Source of the DNA: Tubulanus polymorphus
Lineage: Eukaryota > Animalia > Nemertea
NCBI RefSeq assembly: GCF_964204645.1
Contig: NC_134029.1
Coordinates: 310,001-374,000, forward strand
DNA length: 64,000 bases
Reading direction: 5' to 3'
This document shows positions 11,885-30,213 of the stretch, piece after piece (positions within the stretch are counted from its first letter, which is position 1; each line of letters opens with the position of its first letter). Under the pieces are notes generated by a model. The model had not been told where the DNA came from, did not search any database, and was given only the letters and a program-made list of their open reading frames with translations. Made by a program: the position numbers and the translations under genes.

Positions 11885-12742
11885 TTCAGCATCAGGACCA
11901 CTCTGAATCAGCATCAGTAAATACTGGGTTTGAACCCGGGACACCCCGGTACATCCTCTATTCAGCATCAGGATCTCTCTGAATCAGTATCAGTAATTAC
12001 TGGTTCTCGAACCCGGGACACCCTGTACATCCTCTATTCAGCATCAGGACCGCTCTGAATCAGTAACAGTAATTACTTTTGTTAAGATATCAACATTTTA
12101 CCGTACGGTGCTGCCACTATGCTCATCGTTAGTGGGATTTTCATACACTAACGTTAGTCAACTCTGGCAATCTAGGGTTACGGAGTATAACTGGACAGCA
12201 CGTCGATTGCCAGAGTTGACTTTAGTTAGTGTATGAAAACCCCGCTAACGATGAGCATAGCGGCAGCACCGTACGGTCGGGAGACCCCAGTACATCCTCT
12301 ATTCAGCATCAGGACCGCACTCGAATCAGTATCAGTAATAACTGGTTCTCGAACCCGGAACACCCCGGTACATCCTCTATTCAGCATCAGGACCACTCTG
12401 AATCAGTATCAGTAATTACTGGGTTCGCACCCGAGACACCCTGTACATCCTCTATTCAGCATCAGGACAACACTGATTCAGTGTCAGTAATTACTGGGTT
12501 CGAACCCGGGACACCCTGTACATCCTCTATTCAGCATCTGGACCACTCTGAATCAGTATCACTTTTTAGTGGGTCCGAACCCGGGACACCCCTATACATC
12601 CTCTATTCAGCATCAGAACTACAGTGATTCAGTATCAGTATACTACTGGGTTCGAACCCACGTCAGCCCTGTTCGTCCATTATTCAGCAACTGGACAACT
12701 CAGAGCCAGCGTCAGTGAATATTGGGTTCGAACTCGGGACAA
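11885..12742. repeat. Degenerate tandem repeat of about 72-75 bp with an embedded long hairpin
   Basis: Unit tacatcctctattcagcatcaggaccactctgaatcagtatcagtaattactgggttcgaacccgggacaccc. An inverted repeat is inserted at 12100-12277. Confidence 0.88.
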
Positions 12743-12962
12743 CCCCTTTGTTTCATAGTCATTTTATTCTTTATTTCGGTAGATGGCGCATGAGAAGTGT
12801 GGTCTATCGCTAAACGTCGCTTTTGTCAATTCTAGAAATTACATAGTTCATCGAAATTCCAATAGATGGCGAACGCGGCATACCTCTACTAATTTACTTC
12901 ATGACTAATGATTTTTATTGATGATTTAGCTTTATTTTCTGTTTTAAGTTTAAATCGTGTTT

Positions 12963-15104
12963 TTAACAGACGGATCTATTGGCGTCATTTATTGGAGCAG
13001 CTGTTAGACTCTCAGTCCATGACTGTCTCTTCACGGACCAGACAACATTCTTCTCAAAGTGTTGAGCCCCGCGTTTCATAGTGAATGTAACCGGAACTTT
13101 CTCTTCCGTGTTTGTCATTATAATCGATGCTTCACAAGTGAACCCCGGCTGACAATAGTGAGGCCATTCGTAGGAAACAGACGAACTTTCAGTTTTCGAT
13201 TCCGATATATCCGAGGTTCTGCTGTACGAGAAAGAAGCCGTTAGACTCATAGCGAATGTAGCTACGAGAAATTTCTTTTCAAATTCAGCAGAAATTTCCA
13301 TTCCAGTTTCAAACGTCTCACTAAGCGATGTCGATGTGGTTGTTTCAATCGATTCTTCCGTCGCCAATTTTCCTACAAATGAATAAATCATAGCGATTAC
13401 AAACAAAATGTAAAATGTTCTGTAATCTTTATATCTTTCTAATGGAAGAAGATTTTGTTTTATTGACGGTAAGGCAGGTATCGAAATCGATTTGAATAAA
13501 GCAGCTCCTGATAACAAACTCTCTATCAGGTTTACAGATTACAAACTCTCTACCGGCCGCTTCTATCAGGTTTACAGATTACAAACTCTCTTCCGGCCGC
13601 TTCTATCAGGTTTACAGATTACAAACTCTCTTCCGGCCGCTTCTATCGGGTTTACAGATTACAAACTCCACAATTTCACGATGAAGAAAAAACTTTAGAG
13701 AGTAAATGACGTTTTGACTCTATTCGATCTATGAGCTATTTTCTGAAATTGTTTTGAAAATCTTATAGAATTGAGTCGATCGTGTGTACTCCCTTAGTTT
13801 TAAAAATGGCTCATATTAGAATTGAGTCTAAACGTCGCTAATCTCTTTGTGTTTTTCATACATAATTGTGGTTTTTTCTTCATTCTCTTATCATAGTAGT
13901 CGTTTGTATATGGAAACCAATCACTGCCTCTCATCTAGCGGGTAAAACTTACCTGTCATTCCATCTTCGTACTCAGTACCGTTACCACATCCATTATTAA
14001 CAATAATTCTATGTTTAGCTGTGTTTTGACTTTCATCGCTTTGTTTTTGTCCCCAGTGAAATTCTACGTCGACCAGTTCAGTCTTAGCCGTGTACATCAC
14101 CATCCTACTGATCCACATAGCATTCAAGAAATCGTTATTGTACATGCGCATTTCAGCAAGGATAACGGGTTGCAGGTGTTGAGAAGATCCTGCGAGCATT
14201 TCAAATTTATAACCGTTTAAATCGTTGTTAAAGTTGTACAACTTGAGACCGAATCCTTCGACAAACGACGGCTCGACGACCATGTCTGGCGACGCGTGGA
14301 AATATACTTTAGCATAACCCCATTCATTCCTACAACGGTTCCAAGCGACTCCAGAGAAGAATAATTTTTTGACTCCTTTACTCGTATCTCCAGTAGTTTT
14401 ACTATCCTGATCGCAGTATAACTGACCATCGACAGCGTCGTACATTTCCAGAGTGGAGCCGTATATTTGTAAGTGTATCTTGAACTCTTTGACGTTCACT
14501 TTCACTTTAACGTGACAGTAATGCGACTTATCGGGAACCTCTTCTCGTCTACAATAATGTTTACCTGCAGACAGAGCGCATGATAATCAATCAATCAATC
14601 AAATCAATCAATCGATCAATTGAATAGAAGGACAATCATCCCTTTCAAGATCAAAAAGTCCCGCATTCGAAATTTACGAGATATGATTTTTTCGACCATT
14701 TCACTGAACCGACCATTTTAGCTTTTGATATAAATGAAAGGGAAATTGTTCCACAGTTGTTACTTTAAATTTGACTCGAACTGAAAACATCGGAAAACTA
14801 ATCAAACTTCGGTAATAATGTAATATTTTAGACGGTTTATATTTTATTTTATTATATGATTATGGTACCTTGGTCCTGAATTGAAAGTATGAACAATTTT
14901 AATTAAAAATTCGAATTAAAACTTACTCCATGTAATCCATTTTTCATTCGGTTCCAAACTGTCATCACTGTTGCCGTGATGATGGAAGTCTCCTATCACT
15001 TGAGTGCCTCCAGCAGTTGACATTCGCACTTTCCATCCAAGTATATTCAAAGCAGCTCCAGATTGGTTCAACCAGTAAAACACTAATAACTTCAATAAAA
15101 ACAT
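12963..15104 (-). CDS. Secreted aerolysin/ETX-MTX2-like beta-pore-forming protein, paralog 2 (about 399 aa)
   Basis: Coding exons 15104-14927, 14564-13953 and 13372-12963, with the same intron positions and phases as paralog 1. Signal-like MFLLKLLVFYWLNQSGA. The pore exon is almost identical to paralog 1. Confidence 0.72.
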
Positions 15105-15314
15105 CCTACCGGCGATAGAAATAGACACAATTAAATATAACTCTATCCAAGATGACATGGTATAATACTGATATCATTCTCAGTATATAAAATTAATAGC
15201 TATGAATGTTTGAAACTTTTGAATTATATCAAGTAAAATAATAATTTGTCAGCTATGAAAATCAGTTCTGTTTGAATTATAAAATAGCAAACAGTATATA
15301 TAATTTTTGACCAA

Positions 15315-16152
15315 ATGTGGAATAATGAAAGAGTCCGGTATAATCTGTTCTGAATTATTTCATCTTTCAAATATTGCCAGTTTTCTCGGTTTAAACTATA
15401 TAGATATAACTGAAACTTATAATAATCAATCACGTGTTTTAGTCGTGGTTTTTCGTGGTTGATATATTGAGTAATTTGCTCGAATCAAAAATTCGAATTC
15501 ATCACAAACAGTAAACAGGGAATTGCCTCTTACCTGAAGGTAAATTTCTCCCGTGCGATAAGAAATTAATTTTCAAATCTACGACAAGGATTAAGTTATA
15601 TATAGTTGAATATCATGTGGCTTCAAACGACAGATGTTAAGACTGGTTTTCAGATGAAGCCGAAAATGAATGAAGCCGAAACGTTAAATTCAACAGAATT
15701 CATTCGACCCGAAGAGAAATTTCAATAGAAACAATAAAATGAAAGCGATATTTATAGAAACAGCTGTACAGATTTATTGCACATCTAGCTCGTCATAAAT
15801 TGAAACATCGTCTGCCAAGCTTACCTGCCAGTAAGATTCCGTTGATAAGTAACTAATGTTGTTGTCTCGACCCGCGGTGTATCACCGATTAGTTTTTATA
15901 TGATAACACCACCAGACATTTTCACATCGCTTTTGTTTTGGAATTAAATTCGATTATAAATATTTGATGATTACATTGAGTCGTACAATGAGGGCGCACT
16001 GGTACTGTTTACTATCCTTAGTAAATAGTTTATATTCACTGAAACTACAGTTTAATATTGTTCGAATTCAGTTTGTCTAAATTCAAACGGAAATGAATAT
16101 ATTTCCTGTTTGTCACATTATACCGATGACCCCCCGCCGCGCCGGGGTCATG
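15315..16152 (-). repeat. Right arm of the 838-bp inverted duplication (promoter and 5' UTR exons of toxin-like gene 2)
   Basis: Reverse complement of 7705-8542 with only scattered substitutions. Confidence 0.93.
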
Positions 16153-16506
16153 CACGTGGTGCTCTTTTTCCCGAATTATGAAGTAGACATGATTTGATTC
16201 CAGGTAGGATTTATTCATTGTGTTTCGTTAATCATCGAATCGCAGCTGGGCAGACGATTCATTGGATGGGGTGTGAGCAGTCGCATGTCGTCGGGTTCCT
16301 CTCGATGCAGTTTCCATTTTCGGGTGATGTAGATATCAGGATCCAGTTCTACAGTAGTTTGGAAAGTGAATCTGTTCCAGTGATGCAAAAAATATAACAC
16401 ACTTCGTAATTTTCAATAAACAAAAATTTTATTTTCACAATAAATACTTATAACAATACATTATATCTTCCGGTATCACAGTCAATAGTTGCTATGGAAA
16501 CTTATT

Positions 16507-19191
16507 TTAATCGTCGCTATGGTAACGCTCAAAATGTTCTCCATAATAATTGATGACAGTTAATTGACGATTATTTAAACTGCGTAAAACGTTCACAATT
16601 AATTCATCTTGAATCTGAAAATGATTGAAAAAATTCATGATTCAACAAATAAATTTCTTGTTTCCGAGGAGGCAAGAATCAAGGTCAAGGCCAGTGGAAG
16701 CAAGTTGTCAACGGCCTGGCTTATATCTGAGCGCAGAATTCTATATATATCCATTTTTTAAAATTGGTGTACTGCGAAAGCTCTTGGGCTAATTGAGACC
16801 AAGAGCACAATTTTGGAATAAATAACCTTTTGGAAAATTATTGGCCCAACCAAACCTGTCCCCACTCGGCCGGCCCTGAAGCTGGTCAAACCCGTCCCCA
16901 CTCGGCCGGCCCTGAAGCTGGTCAAACCCGTCCCCACTCAGCCGGCCCTGAAGCTGGTCGGTTTAATATGTTAATTACCTGATTACAGTTCTGTAGATTG
17001 AGATACGAAAGATGAATCAATTCTTGTGGAATTCTTTGTAAACAAACACCGGTTATTAGATGTATTCCGAGTAGATCTAATCGCTGTATATTACTACAAA
17101 ATAGTACAAACAAACAACACTTCATAATCTACAGTTTAACAGATATAGGGGGCGCTGGAGTTAATGGTTTACCTGCAATGATCAACTATTGTTACTAAAC
17201 CAATATCGGTGATATTCCAACACCAGCATAAACACAGTTTCAATAACAACGCACCACAACTACACAGAGATAACGAGAGAAACAGTTAGATTTATATCAT
17301 CAGTCTAATTTAGTGAAACAGAACTTTGTGTGAACACGCGCTTACCATTTGACAATGCTGATCATTACATTATCATCCACTTGAGTACATTCCGATAAAT
17401 CTAATGCAGTTAAATATTTCCACGTTCCGCAATCAAACGCACGTTTTAAACCGGCAACCGTAAACTCAACACCTTTCCTCAACTGTAGCTCACGCAGATT
17501 CCTCAAATCCTGTCAACACAAACAGTAATAGATATTCAAATAGTATCTGTACATTTAGAACAATAAGCTTTGACAAAAATGTTACCTATCAATGCTTTGG
17601 TTATAATTTGAATTACAGTAAAAAACATTAGAAATGGACTTATTTCTACTTTATTAACCAAAAAGTATCAAAACTGGATTAAACTGGATTGTGCTGGATT
17701 GAGCTGGATTGTGCTGGATTGAACTGGATTGAACTGGATTATGCTGGATTGAACTGGATTGTGTTGGATTGAACTGGATTGTGTTGGAACTTACAGTGAG
17801 GTAAACTAGACTTTTATCCGTTAATAGTTCAGCAAAACAGACGCATAATTCAACCAGATTCAAACATTTCGATACAAATCTCATACAGTCGTCCGTTAGT
17901 TCAGCGCCATCTAGTGTTAAATGAGTGAGGTTATATCGATGTAAACAGACCACAGTCGTCACACAGCTGAAATATAAACATGAACTTCACGATGCAGTTC
18001 CATGGTGTTTGGAGTTTGAAAATTTCACTCAACCGCGCGAGGTGCCGATTGGATTCCAGTGTGAATCCCTACTCTCTGATTGGCTACTTACTCGTCAGTA
18101 ATCCAAGCGATGCCATCTATATTCAATCGAAGAAGCTTATCGCAATGTTCAGCTATTTGTAGGATATCAATATCCGATAGTCCGGTGCAATGAGATAGAT
18201 TTAAACTATTCAACTGCCTCATCATTGTTGTAATTATATGAACGCAATTTTCATTGACGGTTGAACACCCTTCGACGTTCAATGCGTTCAAATCTCGACA
18301 ATTCACAGCGATCAAACGCAACATATCGGCATCGAGTTGATCGCAGAATCCCAGATTTAAATCCGTTAATTCCGGTATCGCCGCGGTAACCATTTGAATA
18401 TCGTTTGAATTTAAATTGCGTCCGCGTAGATTTAAACGTTTGAGAAACGGAGCGCAGCGTGTGATTCTGATTAGAGTGTTTATAGACATACAGCGCACGA
18501 CGCGGTTTGAATTCAAACTCTTCCATAAACACGGAGAATACGCGAATTGATACCAGTATTTACAGACAGGGGCCACGTTTAAACACAGCTCGACTAACGT
18601 TAAATACATCAGAATCTTTAACATGATTTCTGTGGGAATTTGACTGATGTGTAAAATATCTGTATCGCAATCAACTTCATAGTTATATATACTGTTTAGA
18701 TCAATAACAGGTCGACAGTCATCGAACTGGTCGATTGAATTGAGTTGTTTCGACTGATCCCGCGATCTACTGGTAGCGCGGTGATCATTAAGTCTCTCAG
18801 TGTCGCTAGGTTTAGCATATTTAGTAGATGTAAATTGTATTGCGTTGCGTTCATGGATTAAATCAGATACTAAACATAAATCTCCAATATTTAGTTCATC
18901 TTCGCCAGGGGAAGATGTCCACTCATCTCCAGGGGAAGATGTCCACTCATCTCCAGGGGAAGATGTCCACTCATCTCCAGGGGAAGATGTCCACTCATCT
19001 CCAGGGGAAGATGTCCACTCATCTCCAGGGGAAGATGTCCACTCATCTCCAGGGGAAGATGCCCACTCATCTCGAGGGGAAGATGCCCACTCATCTCCTT
19101 CAGGCTCAGTTGGTTCTATGACAACATCCTCACTAGTGTTATCTTCAACTGCTGTTTCTGAATCTGATGGCGGTGGAGACGGAGAGTTCAT
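16507..19191 (-). CDS. F-box/leucine-rich-repeat protein (FBXL family)
   Basis: F-box (IPTEIMLKILMYL...VCKYW) followed by Cys-containing LRRs (LNLGFCDQL, LNVEGCSTV, LNLSHCTGL). A large first coding exon plus about five small exons ending VINYYGEHFERYHSDD*. Likely start is the ATG at 19191. Confidence 0.88.
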
Positions 19192-19542
19192 CTTCACACA
19201 TGGATGGATGGATGATCTTTCTTTCTCGCCAGGCGACGTCCTAGGCTAAGCTACCCCTCCTCGTCCACCTGCTCTTCTACTCGACTCTCGACTGAAATCT
19301 AATTGACAAACAGTTTTACATCGTGTAGAAAAAAAAGATGGGATATAATGACTTAGAAAATAAATGTCTACCTCTTCTCTATGACTATTTAACAATAAAG
19401 CGCAAATTGAATTGATTATGGGGAAAGCCCGAAGAGAGGAATCCCCAGCAATAATGGGTAGCTCCGAGAATATCTAAATCATGCGGCAGCGCTCTCATGT
19501 TTACTATTACCGTCTACTGGCGCCATCTATGTGGCGAGAAAC

Positions 19543-22500
19543 ATGGCTGCTGGCATGCTAGTACGGGTGAGTTTAAAGTCTTTATTGCGCTTCTTCACTA
19601 GTAACTTCACTTCTTTTGAAAATCTTATAGTTGCTATTAAGCCGTAGCTCAGGAGCCGGGGCTGTGAGGAGCTGGGGTGAAGAGGTTCTTTCAGAAATAT
19701 CAGATAAATCGTGTAAAAGAGTTTCTAGGCTGAGGTTAATTCTCATTCGGCAGATCCTATTTGTCTAACTAGTTCGAATCCCATTTAATTTAGAAATTAA
19801 AGACTTATTGTTTGTATGTATTTCAGCAAGGATATAGTTTCCTGAGATCGCTATCGGCACAAACTGTCAGTGTCAGATATCGCGCTAAGATTACTCCTGG
19901 TAAATATGATGTCCACAAACGCAAACAGAAAAACTATTTCCAAATCGAAACGGCAAAATTGGAAAATCTGGAAGCGTGGGCCGGTCCAATACTGGAGAGA
20001 CAGAGGCTGAAGAAACAACAACAAGAAACAGAAACAAAACAACCGCATAAACTTCACGCAGTTTGTCGAATAAAGAAATTAAAAGGGCGGCCGTGGTACG
20101 AGAAAAACATGATGCAACATTTAGGACTAAGTGAAGAGAAAAGAAGGGTGAGTACAGCCCGGTCCAGTAGAGTCCCAGTCCGGTTCAGTACAGCCCGGTC
20201 CAGTAGAGTCCCAGTCCGGTCCACTCCCAGTACAGCCCGGTCCAGTAGAGTCCCAGTCCGGTTCAGTACAGTCCGGTCCAGTAGAGTCCCAGTCCGGTCC
20301 ACTCCCAGTACAGCCCGGTCCAGTAGAGTCCCAGTCCGGTTCAGTACAGCCCGGTCCAGTAGAGTCCCAGTCCGGTTCAGTACAGTCCGGTCCAGTAGAG
20401 TCCCAGTCCGGTTCAGTACAGTCCGGTCCAGTAGAGTCCCAGTCCGGTTCAGTACAGCCCGGTCCAGTAGAGTCCCAGTCCGGTTCAGTACAGTCCGGTC
20501 CAGTAGAGTCCCAGTCCGGTTCAGTACAGTCCGGTCCAGTAGAGTCCCAGTCCGGTTCAGTACAGTCCGGTCCAGTAGAGTCCCAGTCCGGTTCAGTACA
20601 GCCCGGTCCAGTAGAGTCCCAGTCCGGTTCAGTACAGTCCGGTCCAGTAGAGTCCCAGTCCGGTTCAGTACAGTCCGGTCCAGTAGAGTCCCAGTCCGGT
20701 TCAGTACAGCCCGGTCCAGTAGAGTCCCAGTCCGGTTCAGTACAGTCCGGTCCAGTAGAGTCCCAGTCCGGTTCAGTACAGTCCGGTCCAGTAGAGTCCC
20801 AGTCCGGTTCAGTACAGCCCGGTCCAGTAGAGTCCCAGTCCGGTCCACTCCCAGTACAGCCCGGTCCAGTAGAGTCCCAGTCCGGTTCAGTACAGTCCGG
20901 TCCAGTAGAGTCCCAGTCCGGTTCAGTACAGTCCGGTCCAGTAGAGTCCCAGTCCGGTTCAGTACAGTCCGGTCCAGTAGAGTCCCAGTCCGGTTCAGTA
21001 CAGTCCGGTCCAGTAGAGTCCCAGTCCGGTTCAGTCCCAGTACAGCCCGGTCCAGTAGAGTCCCAGTCCGGTCCACTCCCAGTACAGCCCGGTCCAGTAG
21101 AGTCCCAGTCCGGTTCAGTACAGTCCGGTCCAGTAGAGTCCCAGTCCGGTTCAGTACAGTCCGGTCCAGTAGAGTCCCAGTCCGGTCCACTCCCAGTACA
21201 GTCCGGTCCAGTAGAGTCCCAGTCCGGTCCAGTACAGCCCGGTCCAGTAGAGTCCCAGCCCGGTCCACTCCCAGTACAGCCCTGTCTAGTAGAGTCCCAG
21301 TACAGCCCGGTCCAGTCCCAGTACAGCCCGGTCCAGTAGAGTCCCAGCCCGGTCCACTCCCAGTACAGTCCGGTCCAGTAGAGTCCCAGCCCGGTCCACT
21401 CCCAGTACAGCCCTGTCTAGTAGAGTCCCAGTCCGGTTCAGTACAGCCCGGTCCAGTCCCAGTACAGCCCTGTCTAGTAGAGTCCCAGTCCGGTTCAGTC
21501 CCAGTACAGCCCGGTCCAGTCCCAGTACAGTCCGGTCCAGTAGAGTCCCAGCCCGGTCCACTCCCAGTACAGCCCTGTCTAGTAGAGTCCCAGTCCGGTT
21601 CAGTACAGCCCGGTCCAGTCCCAGTACAGCCCTGTCTAGTAGAGTCCCAGTACAGCCCGGTCCAGTCCCAGTACAGCCCGGTCCAGTAGAGTCCCAGCCC
21701 GGTCCACTCCCAGTACAGCCCTGTCTAGTAGAGTCCCAGTACAGCCCGGTCCAGTCCCAGTACAGCCCGGTCCAGTAGAGTCCCAGCCCGGTCCACTCCC
21801 AGTACAGTCCGGTCCAGTAGAGTCCCAGCCCGGTCCACTCCCAGTACAGCCCTGTCTAGTAGAGTCCCAGTCCGGTTCAGTACAGCCCGGTCCAGTCCCA
21901 GTACAGCCCTGTCTAGTAGAGTCCCAGTCCGGTTCAGTCCCAGTACAGCCCGGTCCAGTCCCAGCCAGGTTTAGTACAGTCCGGTTCAGCCCCTCCAATA
22001 CAGCCCCAATTCAGTCCCAGTCCGATCCACTCCCGGGACAGCCCGGTCAAGTTCCAGCCCAGTTCAGTCCCAGTAATTCTGAGGTTATGTATCATCAATA
22101 AAGTAGTTGTTTTTGATTTTCAGACTGGTGAATTTATAATTCTGAAGAATACAAAATTAACAAATGATCGTTTGTTAAAAGTGAATCATTTAATCAAAGT
22201 GTTACCAGTAACGTTTCCTCACGGGATTCCCGAGAACGAAGACGATTTAAAACACTGCATGATTAAACCTAACGGTGAATTCATATTCGTGAAAAAACTC
22301 GACGATGTTACCGTGACGACTGAACCGGAGGAGAGCGAGGAGGAGAAGAAATGGTTGATGGACGGAGAGACGATCAAGAAACATTGCACGCGTAAAAAGG
22401 AATTGATGCAAATAAATGAGGAGTTTTTCCCAGCTCATTATACGTACAGATTCAACCAGGATGGAACGGAGTATCGTTACAATGTACAAAAACATCGCCA

Positions 22501-22543
22501 GTTTACGAGTAATAATCATAATACACCTGTAGGACATGATTAG
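19543..22543 (+). CDS. MRPL30: Mitochondrial ribosomal protein uL30m
   Basis: Exons 19543-19566, 19827-20147 and 22124-22543. Motifs KLHAVCRIKKLKGRPWYEK..LGL and KNT..N..LLKVNHLIKVLPVTFPHGIP match MRPL30. Confidence 0.9.
20150..22075. repeat. Intronic satellite of about 1.9 kb (36-bp unit built from 5-mer variants)
   Basis: Unit cagtacagYccggtccagtagagtcccagtccggtt and rearranged variants, filling MRPL30 intron 2. Confidence 0.97.
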
Positions 22544-23905
22544 TTTTACCTGAATACTGGGATTAGTTATACCTGAATACTGGGATTAGTTATACTGGGA
22601 TTAGTTATACCTGAATACTGGGATTAGTTATACCTGAATACTGGGATTAGTGACTGAAACTGGTAATTAGGGGTTGGGAGCAGTCATAACTTAGACTGGT
22701 TTAAGACTGTCTTATACCTAGTCCATCAACCGATGATTTATTACTTTTTTTGACTGTGCAACTTGGACTAGTTGAATCTATGCTGTAGTGTATAACTTAA
22801 CTAGTCCGCGTAGATGTAGCTGAGTGTATGATTGGTTTAAGTGAACTGTTACTGACTAACTGCTGGGTGCGGGTTGTTTAGTGGCGAGATACATGTTGTT
22901 TGTATTCCGAATATACGTCACTTGTCTAAACATGAATAGTAATTCACTGGTTTAATAAATACTGGAATTTGTGTAAAATAAAAACATTTCTTGAAGCTGT
23001 TCAAAGATGTTGTCTGCGTGTTCATTTTGAGTTCGACTGGAACATTATCCACATTTTGACATCGGCACCCCCCGAAATCAGACACCATAAAACATCACAA
23101 GTTGATAACACAATTGTTAGAGAGAGAGAGTACTCTCTCATCCATATCAGGAATCAGAATCAATCATCACAATTACTGTCAGTTTCAATTAACTTCAATA
23201 TTTATTGAAACAAATTAAAATTATACATTGCATGATTTTTTTACGAAGACAATTTTTATCACAAAATGAAAACTGAGGGATGAAACGAATGCACGTAATG
23301 CTTGTTACCACGGAAACTTTACGAGCTGAATTTGCATATTTGAACCACAACATTATTGCGTGAAAAAAGCACATAAAATAAGAACACAGCGACCAGTGTT
23401 CGGGGTTTGGGCCGTTTTTAATATTTCAAGCAACTCGATTGCCATTAACACAGACTCGGTATTAGAACTTACAGATCCCCAATACACATTACTTTGTTAA
23501 TGGTCCGGAACTTCGAGGTAATTTTTCCGAGGATTGAGGTTTGACCCGTCCACAGTATCGAGAAATCTACTATAAATATTTCAGGGAACTCTGTAGTGTT
23601 TGGACTCGACCAAACGGCGAACAGAGATTTATTATTTAAAGTTTAGTTGAGGTGTCACTCCGCGATCAAACATAAAACAATGAGGTTCAACAATTCAGCA
23701 CTAGATGGAGACACTGGAGTAAGATATTGATACATAGAGGGGAAGTAATTATACGGTAAATAAATATATTCAAGTAATCGATAGTAAAAAATAGTATTTA
23801 ACTTCTGTTTATTTAAGAGAGGAGGTAATATTGGCTGAATAAACGCCAGATAGCGATCACCGCGGCGATAATTCCAACAATCAAATGATTACGATATTTC
23901 GATAG

Positions 23906-28985
<5,080 letters not shown>

Positions 28986-30213
28986 TATCTACTTCCAAAC
29001 CTGTTATTCAACTCGTGGGCCTCGGATTTATCATAAAGTAGTTATAACACCGTCTTACGTGACCATTTTTACAGTTATATAAATTCACTGTACTCGCTGT
29101 CAATGTCGTCACACTCGTCTCTGATTGGTTGAGTAGTCGTGCTCGCTGGCTGTTCCATTATCTAATCCTCCCGCTGTTAGCTAGGGTTAGGGTTACTGGT
29201 CACCGCGGCTAACCCTAACCCTAGCGGCGGGGAGATGTACGAACTCGGAACCGATGTAAATATCAACAGTATTACGAAACACGTGGCGGTCAAGGTCGCT
29301 ATGTGGATAAACTACGGTAGCCTATGAGGGTTAGTGGTTATATAAAATGTAGACAGGTTATATAACTGGAACCCACACAGTCGATATCTAACGCCTCTCT
29401 TCTTAAAAATTATATTATTACGCAATTCAAAAAGAGTTATACGTGCCGCATTGCACATAACTAGGGCTAGGGTTAGGTAGGTGTACCGTAAGGATTTTAG
29501 ATGGAAGGACACTGCCTCACAACCTTGCTGCACCGCGACTCAGGATTGGCTCTCATCCCCTTAACCTTTGGGAACCAGACACTCGCTAAAGTGACTGTCA
29601 TCATGACCTCCATTAGTCAGTAACCTGTCTGTGGTTTAGTTTCACGATCGGATATTTTCACACAAGCCCATCCGATTATAAAAAGCTTACCACCAATGAT
29701 TAGGTAACTAACTAGACCTCCATGTACTTAGATTCAGGATTGACTGAGTCCTCTAGTCCACAATAAACTCAACTAAACTGTTTAAATAGCAATGGATTTA
29801 TAAACTGTCTTTTATTTACAGAACCTCAAAAAAAAATTAATTATATACAATACTTTTTTTTAATTAATACATTATTAATTACACCAACACTGACTCAATA
29901 CAATACAATTATAACTGTTATTTCACAATAGTGGCCACAAACACTTTTATATTCACTGTGTACAGTCACAGTTAAGTCCAGAAGAGGTATTTAATCTAAT
30001 TACAACTGACTGATGAAACTGGCTCCAGGATCCTGTAACTGCTAACAAAGTCTTTCTGGGGGGTAACAAGCTTAACCAGTCGACTCTAGTGACAATATTC
30101 TGATCCATTTATCACTTTTAATTAACACTCTTTTACTTATAAATTAACACCCATGATTCCAGAGTAGAGAGTAGTATACCTGGTACTGGTTATTGTAAGT
30201 TAAACGATGAAGT

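Noticed and set aside
12229-12627. 132-aa ORF between the toxin genes
   Set aside because: GTG start inside a hairpin arm, running through tandem-repeat units.
7705-16152. Programmed inversion or phase-variation switch between the toxin genes
   Set aside because: Both genes have the same promoter, so inversion would change little, and no recombinase or specific sites are visible.
19812-21998. 625-aa ORF and antisense repeat ORFs
   Set aside because: Read-through of MRPL30 exon 2 past its GTGAGT donor (20148) into a stop-free intronic satellite.
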